Source: Nitrospinota bacterium (GTDB taxonomy: Bacteria > UBA8248). From it: DNA of 11,182 nt. The stretch spans positions 1-11,182 of the forward strand of contig JAYGFR010000277.1 in NCBI GenBank assembly GCA_046581755.1, in the 5' to 3' direction. The notes beneath the pieces were generated by a model. That model made no database searches and had not been told where the DNA came from. It worked only from the letters and a program-made list of their open reading frames with translations. The first letter of the stretch is position 1, and every line of letters starts with the position of its first letter. Below are positions 7,622-11,182 of the stretch, one piece after another. Made by a program: the position numbers and the translations under genes.

Positions 7622-9067
7622 ATGAGCAAAGAAAAACTCTCCAGAAGGAATTTCATGAAGGGGGCGGCCGCAACCGCTGTTGCGGCACCGCTGGCGCTCA
7701 ACGGAGGGATGGCCGAAGCCGGCCCCGAGGAGGACCGGATCGTCAAGGCCGCCAAGAAAATCGGCCCGGCCGCGCTGAACGGGATGATGTGGTCGCTCTA
7801 CTGGCGGAACTACCCGGGCCTGAACAAAAAGTTCCAGGGCCTCACCGGCATCTACATGAAGAAAGTGAACGACGTTCCCAACCTGCTGATTCCCCAGCGG
7901 GCCATGGCCGAGGCGATCAGCCGCTCGGGCAAGTTCGACTTTTTCCACGTCGAGTCGATGATGATTCCCTCGCTCGTCGCGGCGGGCCTGGCCGAACCCC
8001 TCGACGGCTACATGAAAGATGCGGGCTTCGACCTGAAAATGGTCGGGAACTTCAAAAAATTCATGACCTACAAGGACAAGACCTACGCCATGCCCACCGA
8101 CGGGAACGTGTGTCCCCAGTTGATCCGGAAGGATCTGTTCGAGGACCCCGACGAGCGAAAGGCGTTCGCCGACAAGCACGGCAAGCCCATGAAATGGCCC
8201 GTGACGTTCGAGGACGAGGTCGAGCTCTGCAAGTTCTTCCACCGGCCTGACAAGGACCTCTACGGCTCCGGAAGCCTGCGCGACAAGGCGAACAGCAGCT
8301 TCTGGTACTGGCAGTACCTCTACGCCGCCGGCGGGTTCCCATTCAACGACGATGCCGAACCCACGCTGAACACCCCCGCCGCCCTGTACGCCATGGACAC
8401 CTACCTGTCCTACAAGCAGGTCTCCCACCCCGAGGCCGCGGCCTGGGGCTCTCCCCAGATGATTCCCCGGCTCGTGGGCGGGAAGATTTTCTCCTGCCAG
8501 TACTGGGACGGAATCATCGGGAAAATCGAGGCCGGAAAGTTCCCGACGACGGGCAAAATGCTCTCCGACATTCCGCCGGGCTCGCGCTTCTCGGGCAGGC
8601 TCATCCATCGCGCCTTCTCGGCGCCGGTGATGGGATTCATCGTGAACAAGCTCAGCCCGCGGAAAAAGCAGGCCGCCATGTGGGCCCTTTACATGTCCAC
8701 GTCGAAGAACAGCACCGAGGTCGTCGGTCACCCGACGATGACCTTCCACGATCCCTGGCATCCCGACCACTTCAAGGACGGGAACAAAACGGCCAAGGTG
8801 TACACCGCCAAGGGGATGAAAGCCATCAAGCGGTCTCTCCTGGTCACCTGCCCGCCGCCCTATGTGACCGGCTACCCGGAGTTCAAGGAGGCAATCGACC
8901 AGAATCTTTCGGAGGCCTATTCCGGCCGGAAGACGGGCAAGCAGGCCATGAAGGACACCCAGGACCGGTGGACGAAGATCGTCCGCAAGATCGGCAAGCG
9001 CAGGCTCAAGAAAGAGATCCCCTACTACAAGGCGATGATGCCGACGATGGACGTTCCGCCCGTATAA
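7622..9067 (+). CDS. CUT1-family ABC transporter substrate-binding protein with Tat signal peptide, 481 aa
   Basis: SRRNFMK twin-arginine motif, an Ala-rich h-region and an AEA cleavage site. TYAMPTDGN, IRKDLFED and WPVTFED motifs typical of MalE/UgpB-like proteins. ATG at 7622 with AGGGGG 8 nt upstream (GTG at 7616 is the alternative). Followed by two permeases and an ATPase. Confidence 0.9.
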   Translation: MSKEKLSRRNFMKGAAATAVAAPLALNGGMAEAGPEEDRIVKAAKKIGPAALNGMMWSLYWRNYPGLNKKFQGLTGIYMKKVNDVPNLLIPQRAMAEAISRSGKFDFFHVESMMIPSLVAAGLAEPLDGYMKDAGFDLKMVGNFKKFMTYKDKTYAMPTDGNVCPQLIRKDLFEDPDERKAFADKHGKPMKWPVTFEDEVELCKFFHRPDKDLYGSGSLRDKANSSFWYWQYLYAAGGFPFNDDAEPTLNTPAALYAMDTYLSYKQVSHPEAAAWGSPQMIPRLVGGKIFSCQYWDGIIGKIEAGKFPTTGKMLSDIPPGSRFSGRLIHRAFSAPVMGFIVNKLSPRKKQAAMWALYMSTSKNSTEVVGHPTMTFHDPWHPDHFKDGNKTAKVYTAKGMKAIKRSLLVTCPPPYVTGYPEFKEAIDQNLSEAYSGRKTGKQAMKDTQDRWTKIVRKIGKRRLKKEIPYYKAMMPTMDVPPV

Positions 9068-9107
9068 GGCGGCTCGAAGCATTCGGGACATCAATCGAGC
9101 GTTTCAG

Positions 9108-9141
9108 CGCCCGGGCGGGTCCAAGGTGCCCCGCCCGGGCG
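9108..9141 (+). other. Intercistronic 12-bp GC stem-loop after the binding-protein gene
   Basis: CGCCCGGGCGGG (9108-9119) and CCCGCCCGGGCG (9130-9141) form a perfect stem with a 10-nt loop and no U tract. Confidence 0.75.
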
Positions 9142-9208
9142 TGAAATAATTTCCGGACGTCCATCCATTCAAGTGCGCTTTTTATCGTTTGAGGGCAGGA
9201 ACGCCATC

Positions 9209-10171
9209 ATGGCCACCGAAGCGGCAATCCAACCGGGAAGCGTCAAAATGACGCGGGAAAGAGGGATCCGGTTATTCAAGTGGTCCCTGCTGTCGCCGCT
9301 GATCATGCTGGCCCTGTTTTTATTGCCCATTTTCGCGCTTCAACTGTACTTTTCCTTCCATTCCTGGACGATTTACCTATCCACCTGGTGGGACGCGGAA
9401 TATGTGGGTTTCGAGATGTTCCAGGACGTTTTTACGGACAAACGTTTCTTCTGGGCCATGTCACGCTCGTTCCTTTTCGCGGGCGTCTCGACGTTGGGCT
9501 GCTTCGTCTTCGGATTCGCCCTGGCCCTCCTGATGTACCGCCCTTTCAAGGGACAGGCGTTCTTCTACATCCTTTTCCTCCTTCCCACGCTCACCGTGCC
9601 CATTGTCCTCACCTACGCCGCCGACATGCTCCTTTACCGGCAGGGCCCGATCAACGGAATTTTGAGCTTTATCACCGGGCTCGACATGAAATTCACCTGG
9701 CTTGCGAACCCGAATTACGCCATCTTCACGATCATCTTGATTGAAATCTGGAACTGGACCCCCTTCGTCTTCATCATCATGCTGGCCGGGCTCTCCTCCC
9801 TCCCCACCGAGCCCATGGAAGCGGCCCGGATTCTCGGGGCGAACCGCCTGCAGATCTTCCGGGAAATTCAGCTTCCGCTTTTGAGGCCGGTGATATTTTT
9901 AGCCCTCATCCTGCGCTTCCTCGAAGCCATGGCGGAGTTCCCGAAAACCTGGGGCCTGCTCCAGGGGGGGCCGGGCTCGGCCACGGAGACGCTCCCCATC
10001 TATCTCTACATCGTGACGTGGCAGGCTTTCGACATATCCAAGGGCGCTGCGATGTCCTACATCATCATGTTAGTCATGATCGTGATCATCTTTTTTGCGA
10101 TCCGCGTCCTCCACCGCGAGAAAAGCGCGCTCGACGCCATGTATCAGGCGCCAGCGCCGGGAGAAAGATAA
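9209..10171 (+). CDS. CUT1-family ABC permease (MalF/UgpA-like), 320 aa
   Basis: YVGFE, IWNWTPF..LAGL, EAA loop EAARILGANRLQIFREIQLPLL and GGPGSATETL. Start moved to the ATG at 9209, with AGGA 8 nt upstream. Confidence 0.93.
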   Translation: MATEAAIQPGSVKMTRERGIRLFKWSLLSPLIMLALFLLPIFALQLYFSFHSWTIYLSTWWDAEYVGFEMFQDVFTDKRFFWAMSRSFLFAGVSTLGCFVFGFALALLMYRPFKGQAFFYILFLLPTLTVPIVLTYAADMLLYRQGPINGILSFITGLDMKFTWLANPNYAIFTIILIEIWNWTPFVFIIMLAGLSSLPTEPMEAARILGANRLQIFREIQLPLLRPVIFLALILRFLEAMAEFPKTWGLLQGGPGSATETLPIYLYIVTWQAFDISKGAAMSYIIMLVMIVIIFFAIRVLHREKSALDAMYQAPAPGER

Positions 10172-11082
10172 TGAGCCGAAAATGGAAGAGATGGCGCTTC
10201 CCGGCGTTTCGCTATACCGCCCTGATTGCCTGGGCTCTGATCGCCTCGTTTCCCATCTTCTGGATCTTCTCGACCTCCTTCAAACCAGATTACGAATGGC
10301 ATGCCTGGCCGCCCATTTACTGGTCCGACAACGCCACGCTGGAGAATTACAACCTGGTTTGGGGATTCACTTCGACCGGAAAGGCACTCGCCCAGAAATA
10401 CGACGAGAAGGCCGGACAGGCGAGGTACGAGACTCTGCCCATGAATAAATCATGGGTGGCGCTCGGAAACAGCCTCCTGACTTCGATGATCGCCACCTTC
10501 TTTTCGGTCCTTTTCGGCACCCTTCTCGCCTACGGGGTCTCGCGCTACCGGATTCTCTCGGACATACGGATGTTCCAGCTTCTTGTGCTGCGGATGATAC
10601 CGCCCATCGTCATTGCGGCTCCCATCACCCTGTACTATTCGTGGATTCACCTGATGGACACCGTGACGGGCCTTGTCATCGTCTACTTCATCACCACCCT
10701 GCCCTACGCCGTCTGGATGACGAAGAGCTTTATCGATGAGGTTCCGCTCGAGATGGAGCATGCGGCCGAGATTCTGGGCGCGAGCCGCTGGCAGACGATC
10801 TGGGAGGTGATCCTCCCACTGGTGCGCTCGGGAATCGTGGCGACGTTCCTCTTCATCCTCATCCTGACGTGGAGCGAATACCTGCTCTCGTTCCTCCTCT
10901 CGAAGGTGGACGTCGTGACCCTGCCTGTTCAGCTCAGCAAATACGAAGGCTCGACCGAAGGCCGGGTGTACGGCCATCAGGCGGCCCTCGCGGTGGGAAT
11001 CACCCTTCCGCTGATGATCGTCGGAATATTCATTCGCAAACACTTGGTCCGGGGATTCAGCTTCGGAATGGTCAAGAGGTAG
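10171..11082 (+). CDS. CUT1-family ABC permease (MalG/UgpE-like), 303 aa
   Basis: FPIFWIFSTSFK, TLENY, NSL, AYGVSRY, EAA loop HAAEILGAS..ILPL, WSEY and HLVRGFSFGMVK. The ATG overlaps the upstream stop (TAATG). Confidence 0.93.
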   Translation: MSRKWKRWRFPAFRYTALIAWALIASFPIFWIFSTSFKPDYEWHAWPPIYWSDNATLENYNLVWGFTSTGKALAQKYDEKAGQARYETLPMNKSWVALGNSLLTSMIATFFSVLFGTLLAYGVSRYRILSDIRMFQLLVLRMIPPIVIAAPITLYYSWIHLMDTVTGLVIVYFITTLPYAVWMTKSFIDEVPLEMEHAAEILGASRWQTIWEVILPLVRSGIVATFLFILILTWSEYLLSFLLSKVDVVTLPVQLSKYEGSTEGRVYGHQAALAVGITLPLMIVGIFIRKHLVRGFSFGMVKR

Positions 11083-11088
11083 ACAATC

Positions 11089-11182
11089 GTGGCGCATATC
11101 GAACTCAAGGGACTTAGAAAAGTATTCGGCCGCGACATCGAGGCCGTGAAAAATCTGGATCTCTCCATCGAGGCAGACGAAT
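11089..11182 (+). CDS. ABC transporter ATP-binding protein (MalK/UgpC-like), 5' fragment running off the window
   Basis: GTG at 11089 with GAGGT upstream. Translates as MAHIELKGLRKVFGRDIEAVKNLDLSIEADE, the typical pre-Walker A segment. Not in the ORF track. Confidence 0.88.
   Translation, partial: MAHIELKGLRKVFGRDIEAVKNLDLSIEADE

Noticed and set aside
6436..9094. Long antisense ORFs 6436..7275 (+) and 7535..9094 (-); similarly 5452..6093 (+) and 4489..5166 (-)
   Set aside because: They mirror real genes with strong codon bias and carry no motifs of their own.

Overview
GC-rich bacterial DNA; the taxon cannot be fixed from the sequence alone. Left to right it contains: (i) a GGGTTCA heptamer array and an 82-aa orphan gene on the minus strand with a sigma28-like promoter; (ii) a complete zinc-uptake locus, with znuA (-) divergent from zur-znuC-znuB (+) and a clear Zur box between them; (iii) an Amidohydro_2-fold gene whose motifs resemble amidohydrolase-related dimetal oxygenases (AibH/PtmU3 type) more than true hydrolases; (iv) a minus-strand block with a probably frameshifted ~55-aa gene, an intact alpha/beta hydrolase and a decayed MetE-catalytic-domain (core methionine synthase-like) gene carrying two frameshifts and an apparent ~30-codon deletion; (v) a divergent CUT1-family ABC importer operon (Tat-exported binding protein, two permeases, start of the ATPase) with a strong promoter and a 9-10-9 inverted repeat. 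I see no mobile element, CRISPR array, tRNA or rRNA. I cannot demonstrate a new system. The best leads are the orphan dimetal-oxygenase-like gene next to a ZnuA lacking its His-rich loop, and a partly decayed catabolic locus for an unknown substrate. All family assignments come from motif recognition by eye; no searches were run.
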